61,677 bases of DNA, filler included, from Choristocarpus tenellus KU-1152 (GCA_964200185.2; 11 parts of 11 records of this genome joined end to end with filler, not necessarily neighbours in it), one strand, 5' to 3'. Counted from the first letter of the whole stretch, positions 1 to 13,600 are shown. Notes: generated by a model not told the origin, from the letters alone. Numbers and translations: made by a program.

Positions 1-1599
1 AGCGCGGAGGGGGTGTGGGGAGGGGGGAGAAGGGAAGGAGGAAGGGGGGGGGGGGGGGGGGGGGGGGGGGAGAAAGAGAGCAATTCGAAGTGTAAGAAGA
101 ATACTTCGTGATCGGTGAGTGACATGAGCTGCTTCAGTCCTGGAATGGTGCTTGTGTGTGTCACTATCAATTCAACCGAAATATCTAAGAGAAAACCACC
201 CAACATTCAGATTGACTGAGAAAATTGAAGGAGAAACAGAATGTCGAATTCGTTTTTCGTCTCTGATTGGCTGGTGTGTGTCATCTACAACCAACCATCT
301 TTAACACCACCGGGTGGGATAGCTTACTCGCAAACAAAAGTCGAAAGGATGAGACTCACGTCAAGTGCTTGGACGACAGGTTAGAGGACAGTGGAAAAAG
401 AAAACGAACAAGAAAGGAAGTGTGAAGTGTAGCGAATACGAGGTTTGATAAGGCATTACTTACTTGGTAGTCCTTCTATCCATCATCCAGCTCCCAAGAC
501 AAGGACAAACAAAATGAAGGGAGAGATTCTCACGCCACGAATTCCTAGGTCATACAACGAACTACACTACTACCTAATGTAATACACAATAAATATAAAT
601 AAATGTATGTCAAAATACAAAGAGAGAAGTTCGTACTCGGTGAACATTGTAGTATCAGTATCTCAATATTCGACATATATGTATTATTAGTGTTTTAGTT
701 GTACGCAAAAGGGGCTTGAAAGCCGTCGGATGCATGATAAGTCACATGCTCTGGGGTCATGTACATTTTTCATAATTTTCCACCAAATCGGATGGAGGGT
801 TACGCATTCAGAGGTACGGATATGTGACTTTCGCGTGATATTTTTGTTCTTATCCTTTTTTGCGACCCTAACACAAATGCAAGTAGGTCTGTAATTACCA
901 TTTAGGGGACAGCCTTTTCTTGGGTCTGGGTTTCTTGCCTGGGCTCTGCCTTTGTACCTCGTGCAGTAGTATCTCTATCACGTTTTTTTGGGTTCCACCT
1001 TGTCGGAGTGGAGTTGAAGGTCTTTTCTCAAACGTGGTACCTTGCTTTGTTGCTTGTCCCTTTCTTGGCGCTTTGTCCAAGTATGGTAGGGAGTGCAAAG
1101 TTTGAGATTATTTAGAGTAATCTCTTGTTCTGATTGTTTTTGATCAGTGTGTGTAGGTTTTCTGCTTTCCGAGCCCTTTGTAGGCATTTTGGTCCGCACG
1201 TGTAGCAAGTTGAGCGCAGTTTTTGGTCATCAAAAGTAACTACTTGTTCGGATTGGTTTGAGGGCAGTATCTGCACAGGCTATGATCGGTATAATTATAT
1301 TTCTTATTTCTCCTTTCCTAAGTTAGAATCTCCTCGCATTTATGATTTTTATGTCCATTCACAGACAGACAACGTATTCTTGAGGGTTTGGGTTCGTGTC
1401 GTTTAAGGCAGGACTATGAAGTGTTAATTTTACAAGTACTCTGGAGTAGATATACTCAAATTTTATACTCTGTTTCCCAAGGCCTTGTTCAGATCAGGTT
1501 TTGTGCTTGTCTTGTGAGATCTTTTGTCTCTACCTTGGAATTGATCCTTCTAGTTCAATTTAGTGATATCCAAGATTGGTCTTAATTGACTTGTTAGCT

Positions 1600-1750
1600 T
1601 TCCCGGCAAACATGATTTTGAAAGATAGATATCTAACATCATGGAAGTTCTATTTTGTACACTCCCCCATGAGAGTGCAGGCAATGAAAGAGTTGCTGGA
1701 ACTCTCAAACCTAAAACATCTTATTGTGCACACTCCCTTTCTGCACAATA
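1600..1750 (-). mobile_element. Ty1/copia remnant: polypurine tract and start of the 3' LTR
   Basis: The minus strand reads CTCTCATGGGGGAG followed by TGTACAAAATA (LTR starts at 1661). The same PPT/TG junction occurs in the Copia at 38541-38555. The left coordinate is approximate. Confidence 0.5.
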
Positions 1751-3857
1751 TTAGAGTTCCTATCCAGTGCGGATATCTACAATTCACACTGAAGGAGTTC
1801 CAACCCAAATGACTCTTTTGTCCCTCGATTTTTTCTCCTCGAAATCGTCTCATGCCGTGAAAAACTGAATAGATTTCTACCACGCGCAATACATAAAACA
1901 AGTCTATCGAACCGTTCTTCATGAAATAGGTGCAACACGTATATACACCAGCATTATGTGATAAAAATACTACAGTATCAGCATTGCTTAATATACTCAC
2001 TATTGTGTTTCACAGCAGTACTCCCTTTTCAAGTCCTGTCCCCCATCTGATTCATCATCCTAGTCAGCTGGAATATATTTCGGAGTAGTTGTTATCCCTA
2101 CAATTTTTGAGCCAGAGAAGTCAGAGTCTGTGAATCAGAGCAAGTTCCTGCGCCAGAGGCCTGTCCAACGGCATCTTGTGTAGAACCTCTCCTCCTCGTC
2201 ACTCTACCATGTGCAGCTCAAACTTTGCAGTAGCATTGCTTTCTGCTGCTCACTGCGCCTTTATCGATGTGCAGATTTCGTCCATTGTCATGCTAGGAAA
2301 GTCACTGCGATGGGAGCAACACACTTGGTTTCATATACTGGAAAAAGAACAATGAACAGGGGTTTCTCACATCTTGAGAGATATTTTTAAAAGTACCATA
2401 CGATATGGGATTTTCTCCATTTAGAAGGCAAAAGGCAGAACTGGAGATGGTCGACCTGGATGGAATTGAGTACGTCATCTCTAAGGGATCATAAAATCAG
2501 ACAATGCACAAAACTGGTCAATAAAGTAAGGTTAAGAGGTGATGGCTAAAGTTGAAGGATTGATGTTTTGGTCAAGAATTAGATACGGGTGTTGAGTCCT
2601 ACCTCAAAGTAGATTTAGGAACGGACCTTCACGTAGTACCTGTATTGTGAGGTAATTGATTGGGTTTCAGGCTTCAATGCTGGGAAATGAGGTTGAATTT
2701 GTGGCTAGACAATTATTTGATTAAGTGAAGGTATATTCCATTGCCTAAGTGGATGTGCGATATTAATCCTCGTATATGTTTATTGACGCAGGGTCGTTGA
2801 ACTTAATGATCTTCAGTGCTTTTGTTGTCTGGTTGAATACCTGATGGTCCTCTAAGACTAGGTTTGTTGAACCGTATCTCCTAAGGCTGACCTGGGTCCC
2901 AGTCCAGTTGAGATCTCTGATGGCCCTATGCCCCTCCTGTTAAAACATGCTACGTACATAGTGTTTCAAGGGGGATGGCCTGGAGCCTAACCCCTTGGTG
3001 CATCTCCTAACCCTGGGCTGTGGAGTGTATTCATTGAGATATATAGGGGCTTGTTAGAGGAGGATTTCCCGGGTTGTGCTGTCGAATATGAGCTATATAT
3101 TAGTATATTGGTTGATGCATGTCTCCAAGGTGGTATGCAACTAAGTACTTTCCATTCAAATGCCACGGGGCACAACGCACTGCCCAATATTTAATCTTCA
3201 CACTGCTGAAAAAGTACCTCAAAGAGTGGTTTCCTTGCCTTGAAATCAAGAAGAAATAATCTGTCCCAACCTGACGGGTGAGGGCTTACGGTGTGCACTG
3301 ACTAATTTCAAGAGAAGCTGATGGCACTTTGGTCGTCGTAAGCCCAGTGGAATTCAGCCTTTAGCCTACACGAGGAGATATTTCACCTGCATCATGAAGA
3401 AGGGAGGGAAATAGGTAACAAAAAGGGGTAGTACACATATGTAGTCCCAACAGAGCTGAAGACAGTGAAAAAAAGTGAGAAAAGAAAAAAAGAGTAGATC
3501 AAAATGAAAAAGAAAGGGGGAAAAAAATCGAACTCCATCACCCTATACCCACGTCATTCATGTCATCATACAACTAACAAAAGAGAAGTTGCAAGACAAG
3601 GTCTTTATACCCACCCACCTTTTCATTGACATTTGCTATGGTTTGTTTGTTCAGCGAAATGTAATTGATCTATTATATGAAGGTAGTAACAGAGGGGTCT
3701 TTTTTGTTGCCTGGTTTTTGATTTTATGAGGATAGATGAGTCCACATCAATCTATGTGAGCTACCCGTTTCTCCATAAGTTTTCTTTCATGATTTATGAT
3801 TGGTGACTTCGAAGCTACAAGTGCACCGTTTTCTGACCGTTGTACTAGTATTGCAAG

Positions 3858-4041
3858 GGCAGTAGGAGGAGGATCCAAACAACAGGCAGACTGATGCGTG
3901 TTGAGCAACAAGCACCAAACTTTACTGGGGTCCACACAGTGAGTCGCAGTTTCAAATTATTTGTCGCTGGAAGGATCCACAGCGAACGATCTTCTGATCA
4001 GCTTGTCAGTACCATTGCACAGGATATGAGCAGGCGACTTG
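3858..4041 (+). CDS. Possible isolated internal exon, product unknown (..RLMRVEQQAPNFTGVHTVSRSFKLFVAGRIHSERSSDQLVSTIAQDMSRRL)
   Basis: Open frame between AAG/CAG acceptors (exon start 3858 or 3886) and a strong G|GTAAGG donor at 4042. No family recognised. Confidence 0.3.
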
Positions 4042-4060
4042 GTAAGGTCTTGGGAGACGG

Positions 4061-4096
4061 ACTGTGTGCAAAATAGGACAATAGTGAGGTGTACCT
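4061..4096 (+). repeat. Dispersed repeat family C, left end (cut by contig end)
   Basis: ACTGTGTGCAAAATAGGACAATAGTGAGGTGTACC matches 41670-41705, and its tail matches the sequence from 46303. Confidence 0.65.
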
Positions 4097-4196
4097 NNNN
4101 NNNNNNNNNNNNNNNNNNNNNNNNNNNNNNNNNNNNNNNNTTAATTAATTAANNNNNNNNNNNNNNNNNNNNNNNNNNNNNNNNNNNNNNNNNNNN

Positions 4197-4237
4197 TGGT
4201 GTAAACCCCCCCCCCCCCCCCCCGGATACTTTGAGCC
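4197..4237. mobile_element. MITE family A, terminal fragment
   Basis: TGGTGTAAAC-polyC-GGATACTTTGAGCC matches the right end of the full copy at 6165-6349. Confidence 0.8.
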
Positions 4238-4638
4238 TCAGTCAAGAGTGGAAGCAATACAAAAAACTAAAGTTACCTCACCATTCAGACCTCAAAAAGG
4301 CTTTCTATCTATTTTGGGGGCTACACACAAACTTCTCGAGCAAAATGCACTCCCGTATTGGCAAAAGTACCACAGCCCCCCCTGTAGGCAGCCCTCATCC
4401 TCGCCCGAAAAAGGCTCGATGAGGGGTGTGTTGTTGAGCAGCAGTTCAATGAGCTTAAACACCTTACAACACCACATGCCCTGCATTTTCCCACTTACGA
4501 TCGAAATTTCACCACACAAACACACAGATAGATGCCACTGAATCAATCATCGTTCATAAGTTCCATTTGTGGGTAAAACCGATAACATCATCAACACCCC
4601 GTCATCAACACCCCCGGCGCCAGTGCATTGCTACCTAC

Positions 4639-4725
4639 AACGATGCCGGCCTGCAGTTGAAGCAATCGCTCCTTGGGCAGTCTGTATACGCTTGGGGCAG
4701 TCCTCTCTCTCGCTGCTGCTGCCAT
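4639..4725 (-). CDS. Possible first coding exon of an unknown host gene (MAAAARERTAPSVYRLPKERLLQLQAGIV)
   Basis: ATG at 4725 in a CCATGG context, open frame, GTAGGT donor, and a CpG-rich promoter-like region upstream (about 4730-5300). Confidence 0.4.
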
Positions 4726-5382
4726 GGATCACGCAGATACCCCGTCGGCTGTACGCTATATGGCAAGACGCCTCAAACGTGTTAGACATAGCACGTCTTG
4801 GGCAACACAGACACACACCTCTTCCGAACTGCGATTTCACATCTCAACAAAAAAACGCACGGCCCGCTGTGCACTGCACCCGATATATGCTCGCTATCTC
4901 AAGCAATAGCCGAGTTTGAAGAGCGTACGGGGGGGGGGGGCGAGGCGCCTCACCCCCCCATTCGGCCGCAAACCCGCCATGATGCGTTGCAAGCAGAAAA
5001 CGTGACCAACTCCCAGTGTGAAAAAACCGGAGGAGGGGAGAGTGAGTGAGTGCATGGGTTTGCTGAGGTCACGCTCCTTATTCAGGCGATAGAGGGTTGC
5101 TTTACTTCAACGGGCGGTCTCTACCCGGAAGTGGACCCCAAGGTTCTTTCACGAGACTCACAAGAAACAATGCAAAACTGTACCTTTTTTTTTTTAATAT
5201 ATGGACTAGCCCTCACACGCCGGTGTACGCTCTTAGGAGACACGGACACTGTAGTACGTCGGGCTTTTTTTGTTCAAGAACGTTATGGACTCTTTTTCTT
5301 TTTTTTTTGTAGCGTACAAGTCAAATCAGGCTAGGGCATCTATCTATCTATCTATACGAGAATGAGTCCTTTCACGATCAGC

Positions 5383-5690
5383 CTGTTGTTTGTTCCCAAA
5401 GAACTCCGCAACTTCGTCCTTCATGAAGCACAGGACCAAAACGTCTCGGGGTCACCTTGGTTTTCAAACACTCTTATTATCATCGGATTCTCAGTCGGTT
5501 ATGGTGGCCAACCCTCCATAAAGAGGTGAGGGCTCGGTGTGAGTCTTGTCAAGTTTGTCGGCAATGTTAACAGCCACGACGGCCTTTGCTGTGACCTGTG
5601 GGTCATATGTCAGGGTGTGTAGATCACTTCAATACCTTACGATCGACCTTTCGGAGTGCAGAGTCCAGTACCAAGGTTCAAGTACGCGTC
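5383..5690 (+). pseudogene. Ty3/Gypsy integrase fragment (H2C2 zinc-binding domain and start of core), frameshifted
   Basis: Translates as LFVPKELRNFVLHEA.. / YHRILSRLWWPTLHKEVRARCESCQVCRQ..PVGH / FQYLTIDL, typical of a Gypsy integrase N-terminus, with stops and frameshifts. Confidence 0.85.
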
Positions 5691-6164
5691 GCCGCCTTCT
5701 GTGGACCGTCCGACTCACCTTGCAACTCTGACAAGGTGTATTGGATAAAAAGCAAGAACAGTTGTCAAAGCACTAGGGGATGGTACTTTCTCAGTATTTG
5801 GCCTAGCAGAGTCGTTGTAACTCAGGTCAAGGATCGCAATTTGAGAACAAAATCTTTCCACAAGTTGCAGATTGCAACATGGGTTCGTGAAGGCTAACTA
5901 ACACCATACTGTACATGGCCACAGCCTATTGGCGACCTGGAACGTATCCAATCAATCATGCATAGGGCGTTGTCCATCTACTCTAATATGGGTCATAATA
6001 ATTGGCCTGAGCTGTTCCCGCCTGTCTAACCAGTCCGAAGTGCTGCATATAATGCTACCATACAAGAAACACTGTTTTTATTGATGTTTCAGGCGCCGTT
6101 GTCTCCCTAACCCTATATATATATATATATATATAGGTGATACTAATAAGCGTCCCTGACTGAA

Positions 6165-6349
6165 GGCTCAAAGTATCTGGGAGGGGGTGGCGGCTGTTCA
6201 TTTGGGGGTAAAATTTTTTTCATGTCGCGATTTTTGGGTGATTTGCTTGCATACGTGAGATAGATACTGTAAGTGCACTTTTCCTGATTCTAATCCAAAT
6301 GGACACTCTGGTGTAGACCCCCCCACCCCCCTCCCGGATACTTTGGGTC
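6165..6349. mobile_element. MITE family A, full-length copy (185 bp) with TGAA target-site duplication
   Basis: TIRs GGCTCAAAGTATCTGGGAGGGGG / CCCCCTCCCGGATACTTTGGGTC, subterminal (GT)TCATTTGG / CCAAATGGAC, and TGAA on both flanks. Confidence 0.9.
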
Positions 6350-6490
6350 TGAATCTACACTTCTGTGTGTGAAAGATTTTGCATCCAGTACCTTCTAACG
6401 CCTGTAATTTGTTGACGGGTTTGTCAGTCGTAGCCTCCACAAAACATGCTCCATAGCAAGAGTCAGCTAATGCTGACCTGCATTCCTAAC

Positions 6491-6648
6491 AATGAATCGG
6501 GTTCATTCATGTGGTAACTCAAGCCCCACATGCCTCCAGACGGTCCTGATCCTAAACTCCTCCAACTCAGAATGAATCAGGTTCATTCATGTGGTTACTA
6601 AAGCCCCACATGCCTCCAGACGGTCCAGATCCCAAACTCCTCCAGCTC
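6491..6648. repeat. 80-bp tandem duplication (2 copies)
   Basis: AATGAATC(G/A)GGTTCATTCATGTGG...AAACTCCTCCA starts at 6491 and at 6571. Confidence 0.95.
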
Positions 6649-9513
6649 CTTGAAATTGCCCTTTCCAAGATCTATCCCAGTTGCACCTGTTGTACACCAG
6701 GAAAAGGGAACCCTGAATCACTGTGAAATAACCACCCATCTCGCTTGACTGAAACCAGCATGCCACGGCTAACGGAAGAGCATCGGATCCAGAAGAGTCA
6801 AGCTCCCTACGAAAGGGTAGGATGTTACCTGAACCAGATTTAACTCAAGGAAATTTCACCAGCCTGTACCGGGGGCCTACTCTGTTGAGAGTATTGTAGC
6901 CTGAAAGGAGGGGCCAGGTCCAACATCCCCCACAAATGTTGTAGATTGGATAAGGCCCTGTGGTTTCACCGATATGGGTGACTTGTGGAAGAGACCCAAG
7001 GATGCACCTACGTGTGCACCCAAATTAGTCACCCAAATACACGGGCGATGGGACTCTAAACCTTGGCCTTGTCTGCACCTATAGCTCATGTTATACTTGT
7101 CTCCCTCAGCAACAGCTCTTACGATGCCCTATCGTTGACTATCTCATGCTGCTCTGGTAATGGGATTCACCAGGTGAATAATCGTTGTCGACTCAAGCAC
7201 ACTAACTGCTGCTCACAATGTGGCAAAGAATCCTTTGGACAAGTCGTCGTCGGTTAAAAACTACCTATAGTCTGTGACTCTGTTCTACAACGTACACCAG
7301 AACAGAGTTTTGAGAGTCACCAGTGTGTTGAATGACCCCTAGTTCATACTGCAGGCAAACACACCGGGTAAGCTCGCGTTGAGATCTATCAGTCTATCTG
7401 CCGAAGGACTTCAACTTAGTACAAAGTTTGTTTTGGGATTAGATTGTCACTACATGGGTCACAGAATGCGAACAACGCCCGTTGTTTCCTCTCAAAAAGT
7501 CCTGATTGCTGTATGACAACTTTATGCTCCACCAACCACTCAAGTTTATGTAGGTCCCCATGCAAAAAAACGCCCCTTCAAGCAGATACTACACAAGATA
7601 AATACCTTGCACGGGTCCTCTTCAGTTTATTATTGGCTCCCCCAGGTCAGGGGAGATGATAATGGAAAAAAAAGCACATTGGTATTCCGTATCTGTTGGC
7701 CAGTTCATAGCGACCTAAGTGACCACTACAAGCATCATTTCATTGTATTTCGGATTCATTCCCCATCATTCAACAAAAGTCGTGTTGGCAACACAGTTGT
7801 GTGACAGCTTGTTTGTCTCCCTCGCCCTGTTCTCACACTGCTGGGTCAGCCTTCCTGTCATCACGGCCTTGTTAAGCTTACATCCTGGGTGGGGGGTGAT
7901 GCGGAGGGCAGGGCCAGGGGGGCACCTTCAGCGGCACGTCCCAAGTTGAGAGTCTCACCAAGGGCACTTCAAGTTTGTCAAATCCTACGCCTCTCACGGG
8001 ACATCTCTGGTTGAGAGTCTTACAAAGGACTTTCACCCCGATCCAGTCGTGTCTCAATTGTTAAAACAGACCTCCACCCTGTTGTAAGAATCTCATTGGA
8101 CAGAGTCACCGCCTCTTCAAAGCCCTCTTGTCTGTCCAAGATGTTCTCAATTGATTCTCATTGGTTGAATAGTGTTGTCGATTGTTCACATCCTAGCGTT
8201 GGAACTTGACCTGAACCCGTTCTCTTCCGTCTCTGTTTGGGTCTTGTCCGCTCACACCTTGCTCGTGCACCTGCACCCACAGGTTTGAGGTTATCCTGGT
8301 CATCAGTCTTAGTTGACTCTCTCACTTACGTTCCCATTCTTTTCCTTCTCACCATTGTCCTTGACAACACCACCCAGCGGCTGTCATTGCCCCCACATTC
8401 AGAGACCCGGGATGCTGATATCAACAGTAATATTGCGAAATAGAACTCTAGAAATAGCAATAATAATAAATTAATTAATAAATAATACTGGTAACAGTAA
8501 TATCACATAATAATAAATAATGATAATAATTGTAGAAATAGTGGTGACAGCACTAATTAATAGAGTGGACTCCAAAAGCAATTCCTAGATATTCGAATCT
8601 TAGATTCGTTTAAAAAAAAAAAGCCTTCCATTCATTTTGTGAATTGCAGCAGAGCTCAATAGGCTTCAGTTTCATTCATCAGAACCAACAAAAAATCTGG
8701 ACACTGAAACGGTTCCGCTATTCACTTCAACAAAAATATGTACATTTATCTAGCTGCACACAACCAGAGGTACCACAAAGGAAAAAATATTCGTATTCAT
8801 TTTCATATATATATATCCATATTCACATAATATCCACATCCGTATCTACTCATACATTTCCATTCATACACACAATTTCAGCACCCTGGACAGAACAAGA
8901 ATCCTTCCCGGCATCTACAAACTCCCCTGCAACATAACACACACGCGCACATCACACAAAATCTAACCTGCACAACACCTACAGTACACACCACAAAACA
9001 AAGAAAACAACTATGCCATACTTCAACATCACTCGTATGACACTCATAAACAAAGGTTTTCCAAAGTTACCCTGCCCCCCCCCCACCTTCCATACCTCAA
9101 CACCCCCCTTCCTGCATTACAACACNNNNNNNNNNNNNNNNNNNNNNNNNNNNNNNNNNNNNNNNNNNNTTAATTAATTAANNNNNNNNNNNNNNNNNNN
9201 NNNNNNNNNNNNNNNNNNNNNNNNNGGTGACGTGTGTGTGGGTTCAAGGGGCGGTGGTCGTTATCGAGAGGGGAGGGGGGGGGAGGGGGATCATTTTTTG
9301 TGTTTTTAATATTTTTGTAGGGCAGTGGTCCTATTATTTTGCAAGTTCTGATAATTTTTCTTGCCACTAGTGTATCCTTAGTGCGATTTTCCTATGGTGG
9401 TGCTGGTCATAGTCTTAGTGTTGAAACCGGGTAAGTAGGAATCTTCTTTGGCGCCTCACTCTGTTTTGGACATGAGACACACTCTATGCGGAACACCATG
9501 AAACATAGGATAC

Positions 9514-9566
9514 AATATACCATATACCATATACCATATACCATATGCCATATGCCATATGCCATC
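9514..9566. repeat. Heptamer microsatellite (CCATATR)n
   Basis: Direct inspection. Confidence 0.85.
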
Positions 9567-10210
9567 ACGCAAAGCCGTAGCTCACGGTCTTAACACTCTG
9601 AAAAGATCTTAGTAGTGTCAATTTGACCTTTTTCTAGGAGGGTTAGGGTTAGGGTTAGATTGTTTGGGTTAGGGTTAGTGTCTTTTGGGTAGTTTCGTTT
9701 GTTGTAAATGAGACATGCTTTGACATAGTTGTCTTCCTGATCTGATGCAGGGTGGAGATGAGACAACAAGTGCCTTCAACAACACTGTTGCTTTTGTTGT
9801 CACTAAGAGGTCTTAGGGGGAAAATGCACACCCATACGTACATGTGTGTTGTGTGTGTGTCAGGAGTTCCACCACCAGTGCAATGCGATGTTCTGTGTAG
9901 TTGAGAGTCGGTAGGGAATAGAGAAGGTCTTGCTCTGCTGAGAATGAACTGCTGGTGTGCACTGCCACCTTGCCCCCCTGCCACAGGCGCAAGGCTTGCC
10001 TACTGTATACATGTCATACGTGAACAATCTGCATAAACCACATCATACATCCTTGTTTAGATCGAATCATGATGCATGTAATCCTGATATATAACAAAAA
10101 AAAAAAAATGGACTGCTGTGTGCTCAACAGGACCCCCCAAAACACCTGATAGGTACAGAGCTGTGTTCATCCCTGCCCCCTCCACTTTGGAGGCAAAACA
10201 CTCTACGGTC

Positions 10211-10543
10211 GAGTGAAATTATCTTAGGGTTAGGGTAGAGCCGAGTCCACTTGGGGGGAAAAAATCTAACGTTCCGATTTTGATGTAATTTTGGCTATCG
10301 TGTTTGTTAGGAAGTGTCAATACCCTTGTTCCGGACACATCTCTTCGTAGTCATTTACATTTTACCTACTTGGAAATTTCGGAGTAGGTAAATGTCATAA
10401 AATAACTTGTGGGAAGTCAAGACACAAACGGACAAACAGGGCAAATATCGTACCCTAACCCTAACCCTATCCCTAACCCTATCCCTAACCCTAACCCTAA
10501 CCCTAACCCTAACCCTAACCCTCTAACAAACATACTTTCTCTC
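10211..10543 (-). mobile_element. MITE family B copy with telomeric-repeat insertions in both TIRs
   Basis: Internal sequence is the reverse complement of 27369-27627. Ends are GAGTGAAATTATC / CATACTTTCTCTC, with flanks GGTC/AGTC. Confidence 0.85.
10453..10522 (-). repeat. Interstitial telomeric array (CCCTAA/CCCTAT)x11
   Basis: Direct inspection; TTAGGG type. Confidence 0.95.
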
Positions 10544-10668
10544 AGTCGGAGCTAGAAGGTACTATCTATCGTGTGTACTTTTTTGGAGAGTCATGTGATT
10601 AAACACACACGAATTACGTACTCAGTGATGTGTTGTCAATTGTGTTGTCAATTGTGTGCATTACGAAG

Positions 10669-13600
10669 CTCGTCAGCAACGACCTGGATGGGAAGCAAGG
10701 TGGGGGCTAGAGGAACCCTCCAGGATTTCAGGAGCAGCCGCAGGTGGTATTGCCACTGGAGGAGGATTGGATTCTGCTGCTGCTGCTGCTGCTGTCACAC
10801 CTGCCCCTGTTGCCCCTGCTGGGGTACCAGTTAACCCCTTAAGCAGTGATGAACTCTTGTCCAAAGATGTTGTGGAGTTGCAGGAGATGGTGAGAGAGAG
10901 GGAGAAGTGTTGGGGTGTTGATGTGTTTGGTCATGTTTTGGGGAGGGAGAGTAGTTTTGTGGCATTGGATTGGATTTGATTTCTTGGTATTGTTGGTATG
11001 GTTCGTGGGGAGCAATCAGGGAGGTTGGTTGAGTGGGGCAGAAGGAAGTTTTATCTAGGAGTAGGAAGGTGAGAGAGAGTGGTGGTGGTGTTGGTGGTTT
11101 TGGTTGTACTTGATTGGCTTTGGATGGTGTTTTGACTTTTGTTCTGTGGTGTTTTTTTTTCACCATTCTGAACAAGTGCTTCAATGTTACTTGGTGAATA
11201 CCCCTAACCCTGTAAATAGTGTAGTGTTAATAGTGCTATTTGATTTGTATTGATAACGGGTAATTCAATTTGGGAAAAAGCTTGTTTGAGATGAGTGAGT
11301 GTGCGTGTTGGTGATAGCTACTCTCCTCACTGAAAACAGAAGTGATAGGGCCTTTCAACAGTTGCAATCCACCAAGTACGTTTCTGTCACTGTGTCAATA
11401 TCTATATATCTATATCTATATCTATATATATGTAAATATCATTGCCACAACTCTATGGTCCCCTTGTGTGTCCCCTTCCAATAAAAAGGCTACCCGACCT
11501 ACGAAACCCCTTTCTATGGTGTGTATGGTTTGTATGGGTATATGTATGTAGGGTGTTCAAGTACGTACATATTACTACAAGGGTTAGGGGTAGGGAGAAC
11601 AGAATTATTGTTATTGGCACTGATGAGGTGTGATGGTTTTTGACGCAGTGGCACCTTAGAGAAAAATTTGAGAAGGTTCTTTATCATGTTCTTTATCAAC
11701 ACATGTCGTGATGACACAGTTGACATACCTACCATCTTGATACTCCTGCTGCTGTGAGTCAGAATCAGACAAACTGAAATGTGTTGGTTGATGCCAGCAG
11801 AGTAAATAGGAGTTTTGGTTTAGTCAAAGGCGTGGTATGGTATGGTATGGTATGGTATGGTATGACTGGGAATGAAACTGTGACTGGTGGCAGTAAGAGT
11901 GGCATTTGTTATAACGTTTGTGGCATTAGCATATCGCCATACTATTTCATTGAACTCTAATTTATTTATCTCATGGAATTTCAAAAATTTTCAGGTGTAG
12001 TCGACGGTCTTCTATAAAAAAAAAAAATGGTTTGAAACTAAATATATACAGCGTTCTGAAATGGTGTGGTTTTTCCTCTTCAATGTTACGTACTCCTCCT
12101 TTTCAGATGGATGCCATGTGATGTGATGTATCTCTTTGAATGTGTTTTTAGATCCATTTAAAAAGATTTAAATGCACCTTCCTTAAATGCACCTTCCTTA
12201 AATGCACCTTCCTTAAATGCACCTTCCTTAAATGCTTCTTGCTCTCAATCAAGGTGGCCAAGTATCGCCTACATTTCCAGGAGTACCTCATTTCATCGCT
12301 GGGGGATAAGAACAAGCTCATGGAGGAGAACAGGCGGTAAGGAACATGAAGCAATGATGCTATGCATTGCACCACATTGACAGTCAGATGCTGCAGTAGT
12401 GGTGTTAATGGTGAAAGATCCTCGTTGTAGTGCGCAACTAGAGGAGCAAGTACTTCTCAAGTACTTCTCAATCTGAACACTTTGCTGTATCCTTCACAAA
12501 GGGATTCTGCAAGGACGATAATACTTCTCTTGTTTGCCCTGTTCACCCCCCCCCCCCCCACCCCCCCACCTAGCTTAGACTACCAGGAGAGGGGATTAGG
12601 TGTGTGAGTGGGGAGGGGGCAGGATGTTGTTTAGATACCTGCTTTTAAAGGAGGTGACTGTTGATCGTGCTTGAAATTGAAATTGAAATTCAGGACGTGA
12701 CTATTAATTGGGGCATTGTGTGTCTCCCCAGTCCCTTGCGCACCCCCATCAATGTGGAAACCACACATCTACAAACACATATGGGTTGAGGCAAGGAGAG
12801 ACCTTTTGCTTTTAGGGTTAGGGTTATTGCTGCTTGGTGTGGAAAAGTCAATTCACGCGACATTCGTGGAGTTGATAGTAGACTAGTTGATAGTAGACTA
12901 CAAATGATCTGTTGATAGTAGACTAGTTGATAGTAGACTACAAATGATCTATTCAATAGGGGGGGGTTGCTCTAGCTTATTTCCTCTTGTTTATTATTTT
13001 TACTGGGAAGCAGGACGATTGATGGAGGCAAAAGCGTCACGTCTACCCCCTTCTGATGTTCTAGGGTCTCTCACGACCTAGTTGTCAGGTTTCATGATCA
13101 AATCACCTCCTCTACTCTCCTCACGCCTCTGCCCTCTCTCTCTCTCTCTCCCTGTCTCCCTTTCTCTTCTGCTATGTACCCTTCCATGATCCCTCTGCTT
13201 TCACCCCCCCCTATTGAATATATCGTTCCACTATTGTTGAGAAGGCTCAAGGAGGAGTTGGTTGAGAAGGAGAATCTCCTGACTGGGGTTCAGGCCAGCT
13301 ATACTGCCTACATGTCCAAGTGAGAACCCTTTGTGTGCAGTAACGTTTGACTCGCAGATTGAACACCAGAGTAATAATAATAATAAAAAAGGAGAGATGT
13401 TACCGACCTAGTCGGTAGAAGATGTGAGAACATTCTTTCTAGGCACTCCTTTTTTTTCTTTCTAAATGGAATTATTTGCAAAATTTAACGGCCAATGGGT
13501 GAGCTTGTAGTTGAGAAATTATCCTGTTGGGTATTTGGTGTTCAGTTAGGACAGAGCAATCGGGCAAAAGATTGTAACTTCAACTTGAAGAGTCAGTGTG

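Noticed and set aside
2400-3190. LINE-like decayed coding region on the minus strand (likewise 13400-14520 and 29790-29990)
   Set aside because: Composition is suggestive but no diagnostic motif could be read.
4141-4152. TTAATTAATTAA as a biological palindrome (also in the other linkers)
   Set aside because: Artificial linker embedded in fixed N runs; ORFs spanning it are artefacts.
7783-8426. Solo LTR (TGTTG...CAACA)
   Set aside because: No TSD and no second copy in the window.
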